Shown here one piece after another: positions 25,795-39,759 of a stretch of 64,000 bases of DNA (position 1 is its first letter; each line of letters opens with the position of its first letter). The translations under genes were made by a program, and so were the position numbers. The stretch spans positions 55,882,026 through 55,946,025 of the forward strand of contig JARDVH010000106.1 of the NCBI GenBank assembly GCA_030324005.1, given 5' to 3'. The notes beneath the pieces were generated by a model. That model searched no databases. It saw only the letters and a list, made by a program, of their open reading frames with translations, and was not told where the DNA came from. This stretch comes from Negaprion brevirostris (Eukaryota).

Positions 25795-28584
25795 GNNNCT
25801 AGGATAAGTGAACGTCTGAGTGCAGCATTCTCACTTCATAAAGTGTCTGGCATAATCCTGATTTGAAAGAAAAGAGAGACTGAATGCTGAGTTAGCTCAC
25901 TGACTTCACTAAAACTCTCGACCTGATGACGTATACAGTCCACATCTAAAATGGAAAACTTATTTATAAAAGCTGAACTGACTCTTAGTAACTTTGATTC
26001 GTCTGGATCACCAGATTTGACCAAACGATAGTTTTCAGCCTAACTATAAAATTTACAGGCTAATTCAGAATTTCAAGAGTCAAGGAAAACCCTATAACAA
26101 AAATGAGAACAACTATGTTAGCCAAAGAATTACTCAGTAAATTCAAAGGCAAAGGCTACTTATTGGTTGTCACTAAAAAAGTCTTGACAAGATGCGATAA
26201 CACTTTATAACACACTTTCAGTAACCTTTACTTAAAAATAGCCTCAATGACGACTATGAAGGCAGCCCCATTGCTGAGCAATGTCTTTGTAACTTGGCAA
26301 CTAATCAAATCAATGGTTATGTGACCTTTTAATTTTTTTTTACTGTGATCTTCACCTTCTTTGTGATGTTTGACTACCTACCTGAGACCTATTCTTGATC
26401 ATATTTTCACTGTCTCTGGGTCTGACAGTTGTCCCCCTTTTTTTGTGGAGTGTGAACAACCATATTGTTAGGGTCATTCAGGATCTCCACAAACTAATTG
26501 TTCTATTGGCTCATATGAAGTTATGTTAGTAAAAAGAACACAATTTATAGCATTGCGTGGGGTGATGGCTGTTTGAACAGGAATGAGATGTTCTCAAAAT
26601 CAATGGGCAACGATGCAGCATCAGTACATTACTGTCTCTAAGGCCAAAGGTTTATTTAGCTGAGGAACAGTGATGGGCACTGGAGTCATAATTGGAACCC
26701 AGAAGACTATTGGAGACACTTTAAAAGTAGAAAAGCAATTTGGGAAAAAAACCACAGCATACAAGGCATGAGTGTCTGACTAAGTGAAACAGTAGATGAT
26801 GGTACAGGTAGGAATGGGCAGAGAGAAAACATCAAGATAACACAAAGTAGGAATAAAGCACTAATACGAGATTACAACTGCAACACATGAAGTACTCAAA
26901 GTCTATATGTACTCAATTTCTCTCAGCCAGGATTTGAACCTCCGCTGGTATCACACTTTTTAACTTTCCCGCAGAATTAGGATCACCATCTAAACTCAGA
27001 AAGATGCTCATTCCTTTTCATATCAGGCAGCTGAAGACAGACAAGTTGCACATGTCTTGGAAGTAATTATTCTGATCCATCAGCTAACAATATGACAGGT
27101 CTTCAGCAGGTTAGTTTATCACAAGAAAAACAGAATTGTTCTTTCTTTTCTGTGCTGTGTGTTGGAAGCAGAAAACATAAAACCACTTAGTCAAAGAAAT
27201 TATTCCTTTAAAGAGCACCAATCTCCTTTCAAACAATGTCAAACAATGCTCAATATCTAGTGATAGGATATCCCAACAGTGACAAATACCATCATTTTTA
27301 TTTAATCGCAATGACAATTTGCATTAATTGACATCTTAAAGAGAGGAGAACACTGTAAAAAGCGTGACAGGGACATGAGTCAAAAATGCATAGCTTACCA
27401 AAGGAGTTATTCAGCAGAATGACAGAAAAGTGGTCAAAGAAGTAACTTTAAAGAAAAGAGAGACCTGTAAAGGCAGAGGGTACAGCAAGGGAATTCCAGA
27501 GTATTGGCCCTAAGTAGTTGAAGGCACAATTGCAAAGGGTGCAGGGAAGGGATGAAGGACTGAAAAAGTCACTAAAGTTAGGGGAAAGGATAGTTCTAAG
27601 AGATTGTAGGACAGGTTATAGAAATATGGAAGGAAAAGGGATACATTTTTCTTGGTATTTCTGACTTTAGTTAAAATCCTCATCCAGGACAACATGTCAA
27701 AAACATGGAAAGTTGCAAATGTCAATAATTGATGTCTATTAAGTACTGTTCTCATCCAGTTACTGTGACTAATAGCAAATGCAACTTGTTTGGTTAAGGC
27801 CAATTTCTGTAAGGTCATCCCGTATTAATGAGCTGTAAATTTAGGATACTTACACGCACATCAGTTATCTATCATCCCAGGCATGTACAGAACCTGAGTA
27901 GAATTAAACATCTCCCAGTGATTACATGACAACTGGAGTGGGCAATCTGACAGAAGCTGTCAAAGTGGAAGTTAATCCCAGAGCTCAGTCGGTGACTACA
28001 CAAGCACATGATCTAGAAGATTCTTTGCCCAGTGTAAAGAAGCAAGTAATTTGTTTAATGCAAAGTATTAATGCAAAGGCTATTAAATCAGACCACAAGT
28101 GGAAAGATTTTCAATGAGTAAGGGTGAATTTGTGAATGATTAAATTTAAAGTTAAAAGTCCACACTGACCGACCTGATTGATGACTGACTCAATGTTTCT
28201 GATGGACATAGGATTATGTGGCATTAGGAGTTAACTTGATGAGGAACATTAGCCAGTGTTACAAAATGCATTGCATTATAAGCTTCCAGGTCAGTCTGTT
28301 ACAATATTAGAAGATGGTTATTAGCTTGTGGTCATTGGTTATGGGAAACTATCAAAGACAACATGGCATGTGTCAATGTCAACATGAAAAAACAGCTGCA
28401 CCACAGAAAAGGTGATGTGCCAAAAGGGGGAGGTGAATTGTCAGCACATCTAAGGTCAGAACCTCTTACACAATATCCAACGTTTATAATGTTCAGACAG
28501 GAGCGGGTTTGTAATATTGAGAAAAAAGAACTACTATTTCTAAAGGACAGTTTGTGTATATTCAAATAAATGTTTCATTTCAGA

Positions 28585-28820
28585 TGGAATCATAGAATCC
28601 CTACAATTCAGAAAGAGGCCATTTGGCCCATCGAGTCTGTACTGATCACAATCCCACCTAAGTCCAATCCCCATATCTACTTATTTCCCAGCCAACCCCC
28701 TGACACTAAGGGGAAATTTAACATAGCCAATCAACCTAACCTGCACATTTTTGCAGAAAACTGGTCCACCCAGAGGAAACCCACGCAAACACGGAAGAAC
28801 ATGGAAATGCAACACAGGTA
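28585..28820 (-). mobile_element. HE1-like SINE with CR1-type tail
   Basis: GAATCATAGAATCCCTACA...GGCCATTTGGCCCATCGAG; CCTAACCTGCACAT; GAGGAAACCCACGCA. Confidence 0.85.
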
Positions 28821-28839
28821 GTGCCTGAAGCCGAGTTTA

Positions 28840-29029
28840 GAGAAGAATCTCCCACACTCTTTGCACTGCAGAGGCCACCGACTTGAATATCATTAAATTT
28901 CAAGGGGTGGGCTCTATTCCCACTGGAGAGGCTGAAACCAGTGCAGTGAGCGGGCCACTGCGTATACACCAACCTACCAGTGCCAAGATTGGCACATTTG
29001 CAGTGGCCCTGCACTGATGGCCTCCTGAC
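28840..29029 (+). mobile_element. Fragment of large GC-rich MITE family
   Basis: TCTCCCACACTCTTTGCACTGCAGAGG shared with 32117 and 44968. Confidence 0.7.
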
Positions 29030-29417
29030 NNNNNNNNNNNNNNNNNNNNNNNNNNNNNNNNNNNNNNNNNNNNNNNNNNNNNNNNNNNNNNNNNNNNNNN
29101 NNNNNNNNNNNNNNNNNNNNNNNNNNNNNGTCAGTTTAGTTCTCTCACTCGTGCAAGTTTTATAAACCTGAAAGTGTTCCTGGAGTAAGGTATGGAATGG
29201 ACTGCAGCTGTGTGAGATGTTGTGAGTGCAGCACAATATTAATGCACCATAAGTTTCCTAACTCAATCAAAATGGCTTGAGGGAAAAACCAAAGTGAGTG
29301 CCAACGCACTCAGATTGGCAGGGTATTTAATTGGGCAGGTTGGCCACTTCAGAGGAACTCAATATATACAGCTGATGTGATATGTTTGTGGAGAAACTGC
29401 AGCAAGAAACCATGATC

Positions 29418-29660
29418 AAGTTTGATTTGGTTTATTGTCACATGTGCTGGGATATAGTGAAAAGTGTTGTTTTTTACGTGCTATACAGGCAAAACACATC
29501 ATTCATAAAGAACATAGGGGAAAGGAAAAGATAGGTTGCAGAATATAGTGTTGCAGTTACAAGTAGGGTGAAGAGAAAGATCAGCTTTATATATGATAGG
29601 ACCATTCAAAAGGCTGATAACAGCAGAGAAGAAGCTGTTCTTGAGTCTGTTGGTATGTGA
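29418..29660 (-). mobile_element. Rex1/Babar LINE 3' end
   Basis: Inverse of 7430-7650: TTTGATTTGGTTTATTGTCACATGTG...AAGAAGCTGTTCTTGAGTC. Confidence 0.85.
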
Positions 29661-30014
29661 ATTTTCATAAGTTCTCATTTAAAGGTTGGCAGATTGGTTT
29701 CATGTTTCATATTTCTAGGTTTTGGCTACTATGTGGATATTATTTAGAGCTTCTCTGGCAGAGAAGGATCTTGGCAGGGAAGGGTCAGCAAAAGCAGTGA
29801 AGATTTGACCATAGTTAAAATCTGAGGTTAGGTCTGCCTCAATGAGTGTCCACTGGCTGCTTAATAACTAAGAGCTCTTGAGATAAACTGTACCTGAAAC
29901 ATTAGCTATTGTCCCTCTTTTTCCTTGGGTTTAAGGAAATCTCAGGCTCAAGATTATGTCCTGGGGCCTGTAACTGCCCTGATTGTCTGACCATTCTGAA
30001 TGATGTCTAATAAA

Positions 30015-30138
30015 GGGCGGAATTTTATGGCCCTGTTGAGGTGGAGTAGGGCTGTAAAATACTGTGAGCCATTCAAAAGTCTATTGACTTTGGTGGGACC
30101 AGAAAATCTGTCAGAGGGAGGGACAGAAAAATTCCACC
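30015..30138. mobile_element. 124-bp MITE (PIF/Harbinger-like)
   Basis: TIRs GGGCGGAATTTT / AAAATTCCACCC, AAA on both flanks (3-bp TSD); inverse copy at ~56959-57072 shares GACTTTTGAATGGCTCAC. Confidence 0.75.
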
Positions 30139-32109
30139 CAAACGTTTCAGTACTTGCCTCAATATGTCCACAGATTCTTCAGTTAATGTAGGGACATGCC
30201 AATTTCTTTCAGGCACATCAGGGGTCCAATCAATCAGCAAGGTGCAGTGGGAAACTGGGATCAGCATCTCCAAACTCACTCTATTTGCTCAGGATTCTTG
30301 GAACTGTTCAGTGAAGGTGGAGATCTGATGTAATGGGTCCGCAGTGGCTGTCAGTATTGCTTTTTCTACTTTGCTTGACACACCTAAGTCTTTCGGGCAA
30401 GTGAGAAGTAGTGTGTTATGGCCTTCAATTCCTTATAGATGAGCCTTCTTTCCCTGAGTCCGTGTAGAAATATTTCCAGGCTCACAGGCAAATCACATTG
30501 GGTTTTCTCACTCAGGAATGTCCAAATTGAAAGTAATTTAGTGAATAATCAGCTAGTTTTGCCTTGTTAATGCTACTTCAGGTGTTTAATTGACTTCTGA
30601 ATGCAGCTCACAACTGATTTATAGGATGCTGCTGTTTCCCTTTCAATGGCTGACTGATTGTACAGAATAGAATTCCAACAGTTCTGTTCACAGGGTGAAA
30701 CCAATGTTGTGGGTGAAACAGCAGGACAACATTCTTCCTGAAATTTCAAGCAGACCACAGCTTTCCCACAATTAGCAGCAATTTTCAGCTATATAGTTGA
30801 ATAATTGCTGGTCCGAGACATTTAAAGTCCTTTATTTTTAACCTTTATTTGCAATGTTTTATTATATTATTTCAGTATGCTTGCCTGCTATGAGTGGATG
30901 GTAAAATCTGTGGCTGTCGAGGACATGTGGGTTTTTCAAACACTGAGGGATATTGCTCTGCTGTGGTTATGGGACAAGTGCTTCTTCCATGGGTGCAATA
31001 GGTAAGATTGTTCTCACATTTCTTTGCAAGTTATTTAACAGATGTAAAATCTCCAATGAATCAATGAAGTCAATTAACTATTACTAGAATAGAGCCTATG
31101 AGGCCCCCAAACTGTGAGGATGGGTTATATAAAAAGTGAATTAAAACTTCCCCTGCACAGTAAGGTAAACGGCACTTGTCTCACTGTCCTGCAAACCTAT
31201 GCAGTAATTATTTTAAATCACTCTGTAACCAGTCTGAAGCATTTCAAACATTTCCCCCTCCAGATAGTTAATAGCAAGAAGTATGATTTTGAGGTCTTCA
31301 GAGGAGGCCTTCAGGTCCTCAGCTTGAAGAAAAAATAGGGGCAAAACAGGGCAAAATGGGGGAGGGGTGGGGGGGATGGTGCTGTTCAACTTTTCAGTGC
31401 AGTGAGATATCTTGAGAGGTTGGGCTGCATGATTTAACTTAAGATCTGTATCGTGGGATGCAGGGAGCAGTATTCCTGATTCATGAACAGCTGGCTGTAA
31501 CAATCAATGAAGCACCGGCCTATGGCTCATCAAACTGCCATCCTTGTGCCACACCACAAGTAGCTGCACTATCCCAGGCAGCTGGTAGACAGTGCAAGGA
31601 TGGGGGAAGTTGGTAGAAGAGCTAAAATGGGCACAGGGTGGGGTGGGCATCAATGTGCCATGAGACAGGAAGTGGAATTTTCTGCCTGTCTCTTCTCCCT
31701 TCACTTGCTGCTCCTTGACATTGAATCAGGGCGTGCAGTGCTGGCAGGGTGTGGGGAGAAGCTGCAAAGCTAGAAGACGATTGTTAAAGTTTAGTACATT
31801 TTTTTGTACAATATTTGAATTTTGTAATATTTTGTGTTCTTGTTCATGTTCAAATATTAGCATTTAATAGAGTCTGCACAATTTTCAAACACTACTATTT
31901 AATCTTGATAACTGCCATGTTAATGTTTTGTATTTATACAAAACAATTACATTTTGAAAACTGCAGAGGAATTTTAATTTTCCACATATAATTCTTGTAA
32001 CAACTATCTCTTTTGAATTTGAACAGATCTGATTTTAAGTCTACCTGCTCACTGACCCATGGGGAAGGAGGCTCATTATGTGAAAAATGTTTTTTTAGTG
32101 TGATTTCCA

Positions 32110-33051
32110 GATTGAATCTCCCACACTCTGAGTACTGCAGAGACCCCTAGCAGGATTCTCTCTGAAAATCTGGGGGTGGAGCCTTCCTGCGCTGAGCGGG
32201 ACACTGCACATGTGCCAATCTGTCAGAACAGAGATCGGCCCGCACTGCTGGCCTCCTGATCATTGGCTAGCCTGACTGCTGGCCAGCTCTGTGATCCAGC
32301 AACGCCAGATCTCCGTGCCCACCCCACCATGCCCCACAGCCCAATCCTTTGTCCCCCTGACTATTCCTGTCTCAATCCTGATGCCCCACCTCTCCTGGCC
32401 CACCATAATCTCCAGCCCTCCCGCCCCCGCTCCCCCCCGCNNNNNNNNNNCCTCCTGACAGTAACCTACCTCCCAACCCACAGTCCTGACTCCCCCACCC
32501 CGCAGTGCCAACCCGCCCCAATCCCCGGTCTCCCTGCTTCCCCTGCAGTGTAACAGCGGGACCCCCACCCCCAGGCCCCCCCATTTGCCTCCATTCCCTT
32601 GGCCCTACCACATGTCTGATGGGCAGTCCAAAATGCCCCCTGGGCATGGGCACTTTGCTCCTTGGGCAGTGCCAGGGTCACAGGCTGGCACTGCCAGAAT
32701 GTCAATGCCCAGTGAGCACCACCCAACTGTTTGATTCTCTGGGGGACATGATTGCCCGACCTTCACTCCAGCAGGGTCGGGCCAAAAGTGGGGAGCTACT
32801 GTAATCCCTGCTGGAGTGAAATGCTCTGGCAGGATGGGAGAGGCTAGGGGACATAGAGACGTCAGTCTGATCATATTTAAATTATATTAAAATGACCATG
32901 TAAATAGTCTTTGCACCTCCCTATTGATTTCTAGCACGAAATCCAACACTTGGAGACACAAGCAGGGCATGAACCCCACGAACCAGCTGATGCCACAATC
33001 TCTTGCCCGTTGCATGAAAAAGTAGCACAGCAGGATGGGAGAATCGCAGCC
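32110..33051 (+). mobile_element. Large GC-rich non-autonomous DNA transposon (Harbinger-like)
   Basis: Colinear with 44885-45790 (ATGCCCCCTGGGCA...CCTTGGGCAGTGCCAGGG); right terminus GGGAGAATCGCAGC. Confidence 0.75.
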
Positions 33052-33739
33052 TGTGTTTTGCAAGCATGGGCTGGTTATTTACATTTTATACTTTGCCCAT
33101 TTGTGAACACAGAAAGGATACTTGTTGTATCAAACAGCATGTCCCTTTCAATTTCAAACAATGTTTAGCAGTTAACTGTTAGTCATCAACTGGTGCATTT
33201 TCCATGGCAACACCTATACCAGTCAGAATCCACTTGCCAACCAAAAGCATAATTTTCTCATACAGTGTTAAGTTGTTGATTCCCCTGACATTGGTATTCT
33301 TGTGATTGTACTTAGGAATGTAAGACAAAAAGCTTTGACAAAATGTCCTTCTCAGAAATAACAGGAAAGATTGGTTTGTCAGATGAAAAGAAAACTTGTT
33401 AAAAAGTTTGTCACATACTGGTATTTGAAATGCGAAAAATAGCAATTTCACTCAAGGTATTATTATTGAGCAATATCCTCTGTTGTCCATTAAACACTGA
33501 CTTTCCATCACAGTCCATCCCAGTCATGGTTTTAAGATGTCCATATTATAGCCACCCTCGATTTTTCACAGGACAATCCTGGAACAACAGGTATACTGTG
33601 TATAATGGCACTACAGCTGTTTGCATGAACAGCAGACACTGTAACTTTTGCTTACATTGTTCTAAATTGGCTTATATAGAGTCACTGCAGTGCAGATGGA
33701 GGTAATTTGACCCAACAAGAATGCACTGATTCTTTCTAA

Positions 33740-33990
33740 CAGCATTGTACCTAGGCCCTCTCCCCCCACCCTATACCCATAACCCTGTGCATTTACCATC
33801 TAACCTACACATCTTTGGACACTAAAGGGCAATTTAGCATGGCCAAACCAACTAACCTATACATCTTTGGACTGTGGGAGGAAACCCATGCAGACACGGG
33901 AAGAACGTTCAAACTCCACACAGACCCAAAGCGAGAATTGAACCTGGGCTCCTGGTGCTGTGAGACAACAGTGCTAACTGGTGTGCTGCA
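33740..33990 (-). mobile_element. HE1-like SINE
   Basis: GGACACTAAAGGGCAATTTAGCATGGCC...TTTGGACTGTGGGAGGAAACC...GAATTGAACCTGGG. Confidence 0.9.
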
Positions 33991-34379
33991 GTATAATACA
34001 AATGCAAAAGACTTCCCATATAGTTTATTAGTTCACTAAATTGGAAGTATTATGGAATTTTGTTAGATAACATGACATTTCTGCTTCATTTATAGGTCTA
34101 ATGTGGAAATTAAGTGCTGTCATGTTTTTAAGAACGTTTTATAATCTATAGGCTTATCTAGTTAAATTTTAGTTCCCACTTGGTTCTGATTTTTATCTTT
34201 TTGGTCTGTTTGAGCATTATTATTAGATTTGAATTCTTGTTCTTTGCTCAAAGTGTGTCTGTGTTAAACTGACTAAATGTTATTGAGATTGAAAAGAGCC
34301 ACCAGTGATAGGATTGTCAACAAATCTTTCCCCTTTCCAAGGCTAACATAAATGGGATTCACAGATCTTTGATAAGCAT

Positions 34380-35670
34380 ATTAACAGTAAAAGCGTTGTC
34401 AGGGGAGTCGTGGGGACAATTAAAGACCAGAATGGAGATTTATTGAAGGCAGTTAAGGTACTAAATGACTATTTTGCATTGGTGTTTACCAAAGAAGATA
34501 GCTTTCCAAGTCTGCAATGAACTAGGATATTGTCAGGATACAGGATGAGATAAAAATAGATAAAGAGGAGGTTCTAGAAAGACTGACTGCATTTAAAGTA
34601 GACAGTCACCTTGTCTAAATGGAATGAAACCTGGGCTGCTGAGGGAATAGGGGAGGAATTGAAAAGGTGCTGGCCACACTCTCGCAACCCTGCTTCGATG
34701 AAGGGATGGCGTCTGTAATCTGGAAGATTGTAAAAGTTACAACCTTGTTCAGAAAAGCAGAGAAGGATAAAGCCAGCTAAAAAGACCTGTCACTTTAATG
34801 TAGGTGGTGGGAAAACTTTTTGAAACAATAATATAAATAGGAATATAAATAGCCACCTGGACAAGCATGGAATAGTGGAGAGCCAAGATTAATTTATTAA
34901 CTTTGAGTTCATTGATGAGGTAATAGAAAGGGTTGATGAGGGACGTTGAAGAGACGTTTCACAAAGTATCACATTAGGCTTGCAAACCTTGCAAATCTTG
35001 GGATAAAAACAGCATTAGCAGTAAGGATACAAATTTGGCTCAGAGACGGGAAAAAGATAGTTGTGCTAAATGCATGTTTTTCCTCAGACTGTATGCAGCA
35101 ATACAATGATATTCCCCAGTGTTCACTACAACTAAACAGATTCCTGATTAACAAGGGGGTGAAAGATTATTGGGGGTAGGTGAGAATATGAGGTTGAGGT
35201 TACAATCAGGCCAGCCAGTATCTTATTGAATGCAGGCTCAAGGGGCTGAGTGGCTCACTCCTAATTCATATTTCTGAGAAAAGTCACAGAGACTTGAAAC
35301 GTTAACTGTTTCTTTCTCTCCACAAATGCAGCCAGATCTGCTGATTTTTCAGCATTTTGTATTTTTATTTCAGATTTCCAACATCTGCATTTTGCTTTCA
35401 TTTTATCACAGATTTAAGGTGGTTGGCAAAGCACGAGAGGCAACATGAGGAATAGCTTTATACACACTGAATCCTTAGGATTTGGAATACGCTGCCTGAT
35501 CGGTAGATGGACATGGATTCAATAATAGCCTTCAAAAGGAAATTCAGATTAATATTGGAAGGAGAAAAAATTGCAGGGATCTGGGACAAGAGAGGGACAG
35601 TATGACTATTCTCCAAAAGGATCGAGTCAGACTCAGCAGGCCAGAGAGTTTTCTTATGTGTTCTATGAAA
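34380..35670 (+). mobile_element. Cluster of degenerate CR1 fragments with a Penelope-type arm at 35272-35400
   Basis: VLNDYFALVFTKED remnant (34460), CR1 3' tails near 35200 and 35620; GAAACGTTAACTGTTTC...CCACAAATGCAGCCAG. Confidence 0.75.
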
Positions 35671-38600
35671 GATGCACAAACACTTCTCCCATAAGCATTT
35701 GTAAATGAATGATATATCCACTGAAAGTAAACATCCATAATTGGCTACACCCACAGACCCAATTTTACTAATGGCAGTGTTTGGTGATTCTGCTATTCCC
35801 AATCTATACCTCCTTTAGACAGATCTTTTGTTTCTTGCTTTGTCCCATTACCAGTTCCTTTTTGCTCTGCACCATCTTGTTCTTTAATTTCCCCCTTTCT
35901 TTCACCCTCTCATGAACATTCACTTTTTTTTTCTCTTTCTCCCTCTCACCCTGATCGTATACATTTATAAAACCGATTATATCTCTTAACTTTTCCAGTT
36001 CTGATAAAAGCTCATCGATGCAACACTTTAACTCTTTCACTCTCCACAGATGCTACCTGAGCTGCTGACAATTTCTCTTTTTAATTTGTTTTCAATTGTG
36101 ATATCAACTTTCACCAATATTACAAGTCTTGTGCCTTGCAAGTCTCTATAGATTAAAATCACCCGAGAAAAGTGTTAGTCGTCACAAAATTGGTCCAAAC
36201 GTAACAATTTTATGTTAACCTTGTTGAAATGACTCTGAGGCCTGTGTCCCTTCACCTAACTTAGATTTATTTATGTAATAAGCAACACTCAGACAGGTAC
36301 CTATTCGTACAGATGAGAGATTCTGAGTACCCTGACACTCTATATTTATGTATATTTGCAGGACTCCCTGATTGGGCAAACCATTACTGATTTAATCTGG
36401 GAGGTCATATTCTAAGAGGGCCTCATTAAAGTCATTACACCTATTGATTAGTTGGATCACAGGTGGAAGGAAAAACTTCCAATTGTCAACCGGTGGCTAT
36501 TAAGCCAGCAATTATGAAGCAGAAATCCACATTGATCCAACCAATTAGATCACTCATATTTTTTCCCAATGTTACCAGTGACCAGCAAATGCCACAAAAC
36601 CAATCAATTCAATTGGTCAAGCTATTTGTGTTCAATTTCTTTGAATAGCTATGCTGTTTCTATAATTAGCTGTCTATATAGGCTGAAAAGTACTGTTATA
36701 AAATGAGTATGTAAAAGCATAAATAATTCATAAAAAATAAATTTAGCCATAAAATTGGCCAATGTTGGAAATCCATCTAATGTATTGTGATCTATTTGCC
36801 CTACTGTGCTCCCCCATGGCTGTAGTCTGTTTTCAGAATTGATTGCTCCTGGATCTTTGCCTTCTAGACCCGCATCACAGCACTTTCAAAGCCCGGTCTC
36901 ACTGCTTAGTGCTTCCATGTATTTTCATTTCCAGAATCCACTTCCTTCCTCAACCACTCTCCGTGCATTCAGTGATCCTGCCATCCACTGTATTTCCCGT
37001 ACTTCCACACTCAGCTCTTCCTGAAGTTAATGAGAAAGGTATTGGTATCTGATCACACCACCATGAGTCTCAGTGCAAATAAAAACTCAGCTAAAATGCT
37101 CAGTGGTTCCATGTCACGGTCTCACTGATTCCATAGGGGGTCTTGTGGCACAGCGGGAGCTCCAGGTTCAAATCCAACGCCATGACATGTAGGCCATGGA
37201 AAGAGTATTGATAACACGATTCAATGGGCTGACAATCAGCTTGAGAATCCTTCCACCACTTCTCCACTATCCCACAAAGACAAAAAACAGGGTGAGAGTG
37301 AAGATATGCTAAAAACTGACTTCATAAATTCCAGCATTGCTATTCCATCTCCCTATCCCATCACATCTACCCTTAACTTCTCTTCCTCGTGTTAGTTGCA
37401 GAACATCTCTGATAGTGTTGCAAACATCATGCATAATTAATTTAAAAAGATGATAGATATTGAACACTTCAGCACAGCTCCATATCAGAGTTATATAGAG
37501 AAATTGGAAAGGAGACAGAGGATTTTGAGGGATGTTGGATACAAGAACTACTACTTTCGTCGCAGCATAAAATGTGCAGCAACCATAAAGAGATTGGAGA
37601 CACGTGCAAGAAAGGCACAAAATAAGTGGGAAAGATGTACTGACATCACGAGAGGAAACTGAAGTATAATCTTTGGGATATCCTGAGATTTTGAAGCAAT
37701 GATAGACTCTTATTTGTTTTGAATGAGAGGTGAAGCCAACTGTTAATGGCAGTTCTGTCTCAATGTTGGAGGTTAGTGGAATACAGTGTTTTGTCCTTCC
37801 CCAAGGTTTCTTTCTGAGATGTTCTCAAGGGCTATTTTTGATTTCCAGATGCTGCATTTTAGTTTTCAGGGGCTTCTTTTTCATTCTCATTTACTCCTTT
37901 GTCAGGTGATCCATTACCTCTTGTATTTAAGTTGACATATCAAAAACTTGGACTTGTACAGAAACAAAACAAGCAGATCAATATCTTTAATAATCATCAC
38001 CCCTCCATTAAACTTAAAGCCACAGAGCACAAGGAAAGCATTAATTTTCTGGACATCACTATTTAAATTGGCACAAGAAAATAACAAGAAAAATTAGCAA
38101 CAAAGTGTTTTGCAAAATAACTGATACACACACNNNNNNNNNNNNNNNNNNNTCATTACCTTAACCACATTTTGCACAGACTGGTGAGGATACAGCTAAT
38201 GTGTTTCTTACATTTGCACAAGGCTGACAGATGTTAACCAGGCACTTACTGCCCTGTTTACTGCATCTCAGATCTCAACCTCAAATTCAAATTTAGCAGT
38301 TGATCGAGCTTTGAGACTGATCATTAGTTTTTTAAAGTTTTATTGGATTCTGTGTTACAACTAAGACTTTTTTTAATTAGAAAATAGTTATTAACATTAC
38401 AATGTATGTATCCACTTTAAAATGTATTGCAAATTTAATAGTTCTTTAAATTTGTAAATAAGTTGGTAAAGTAAAATGTCTCTTGTAATCTTTGACATGC
38501 AGTGTAAGTATCCACTTCCCTTGTATTTTCTGGAAGTGGGCCCCTGGGCCCTTATGATATCCAGGTAGTTATAATATGCCCAGGCTATCTAAGAAAAGGT

Positions 38601-39759
38601 AAATCTTAGCAGTCACTTTTCTTGGTGGAGTCATGATTCACTTTTTCAGACCCAAAACAATTGTCTTTGCGTAGTTGCTGCCTTGAACTCAGGTGAGGGT
38701 GATTATTGAGGGAGTCTTACCGATCTAGGGTAGTCAATATTTGGGGGTAGAGTTATAATCTACTTCATGCTGACCTATACTACTGCCCAATTCGCATGAG
38801 TGTACCATTAAAAGCAGTCAATCTGTGTGATCATGGCATTTACTAATACAATATAGGTAAGTTTATCTCATTACTATACTATATATAGACTCATATCTTC
38901 TTATATGTGACTAACGCACCAACATGCTGTATCATGAATTGCATGTGAAGGTCCTTGCCTTAGCTATACAGTGGAGAGATGTTTAGAGGTGGCTAGTCTT
39001 TTCCACACACCGTGGGGAATAGGATGAGGTGAGGGTAGAGAATGAGAGGGAAAGTGGCGTTTAATCTGCTGATGGGCAGTTTCAGACTAGAACTGGATGA
39101 GATGAGTCTCACGAGCAGATCAGATGCTTTCAAATTAGTGGTGCAGCAAGCCAACAGAAAGGAAAAGCATGAAATGTTAAATAACTTGGAGGAACACACG
39201 AGTAAGGTGCAGCAGGAAGTTCTACACTGCAAGGTGAAGTATGAGTTTGTACTTTGTTCAGTGTACCACAATGTTACATTGGAATTATGGCAAGTGTTTA
39301 TTGCTAGTGGTACAAACTGTAACATAATGTTCATTTAAGACTTTAAAGTTTGTGGCTGCCGAATACTCTTGTGAAACAAAAATGATGAAGGACGTGCGAG
39401 ACCAGTGGGGAGTTCACAAACTCCACTCTATGTGTATGTTGGTTGTACAAAATTCCACACAAGATGTTGCTCCGATTGAAGAGAAGTTAAAAGTGGTAAA
39501 CTCCAAGAATCAGTTCTGTATCCATATCTGTCCTTGGTAATATAGAAATAACCTACATTTGGGTAGAGAGAACTTGGGGTGAAACTGATCAAGGCCAATA
39601 ACATGAAACAACTTCCCAGTGAATTGGGAGCCTGGTTTACATCAGGCCTGATTTTCTATTTTGTGTGATACAATAATAATTTTTTTTACAAACTTTGCCA
39701 GTAACAAAAAAGTAGGGTTTCTGGTAAACACAAAAGAAATCTGTAAAAATACATTACGA

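Noticed and set aside
31114-31338. IKSELK in the ORF resembles the SMPX C-terminus (SMPX is a CNKSR2 neighbour in amniotes)
   Set aside because: Only six residues match, flanking residues do not, and it lies inside the CNKSR2 intron
38993-39540. Protein-like ORFs on both strands
   Set aside because: No splice signals or recognisable motif; could be a degenerate LINE ORF1 but this is unsupported
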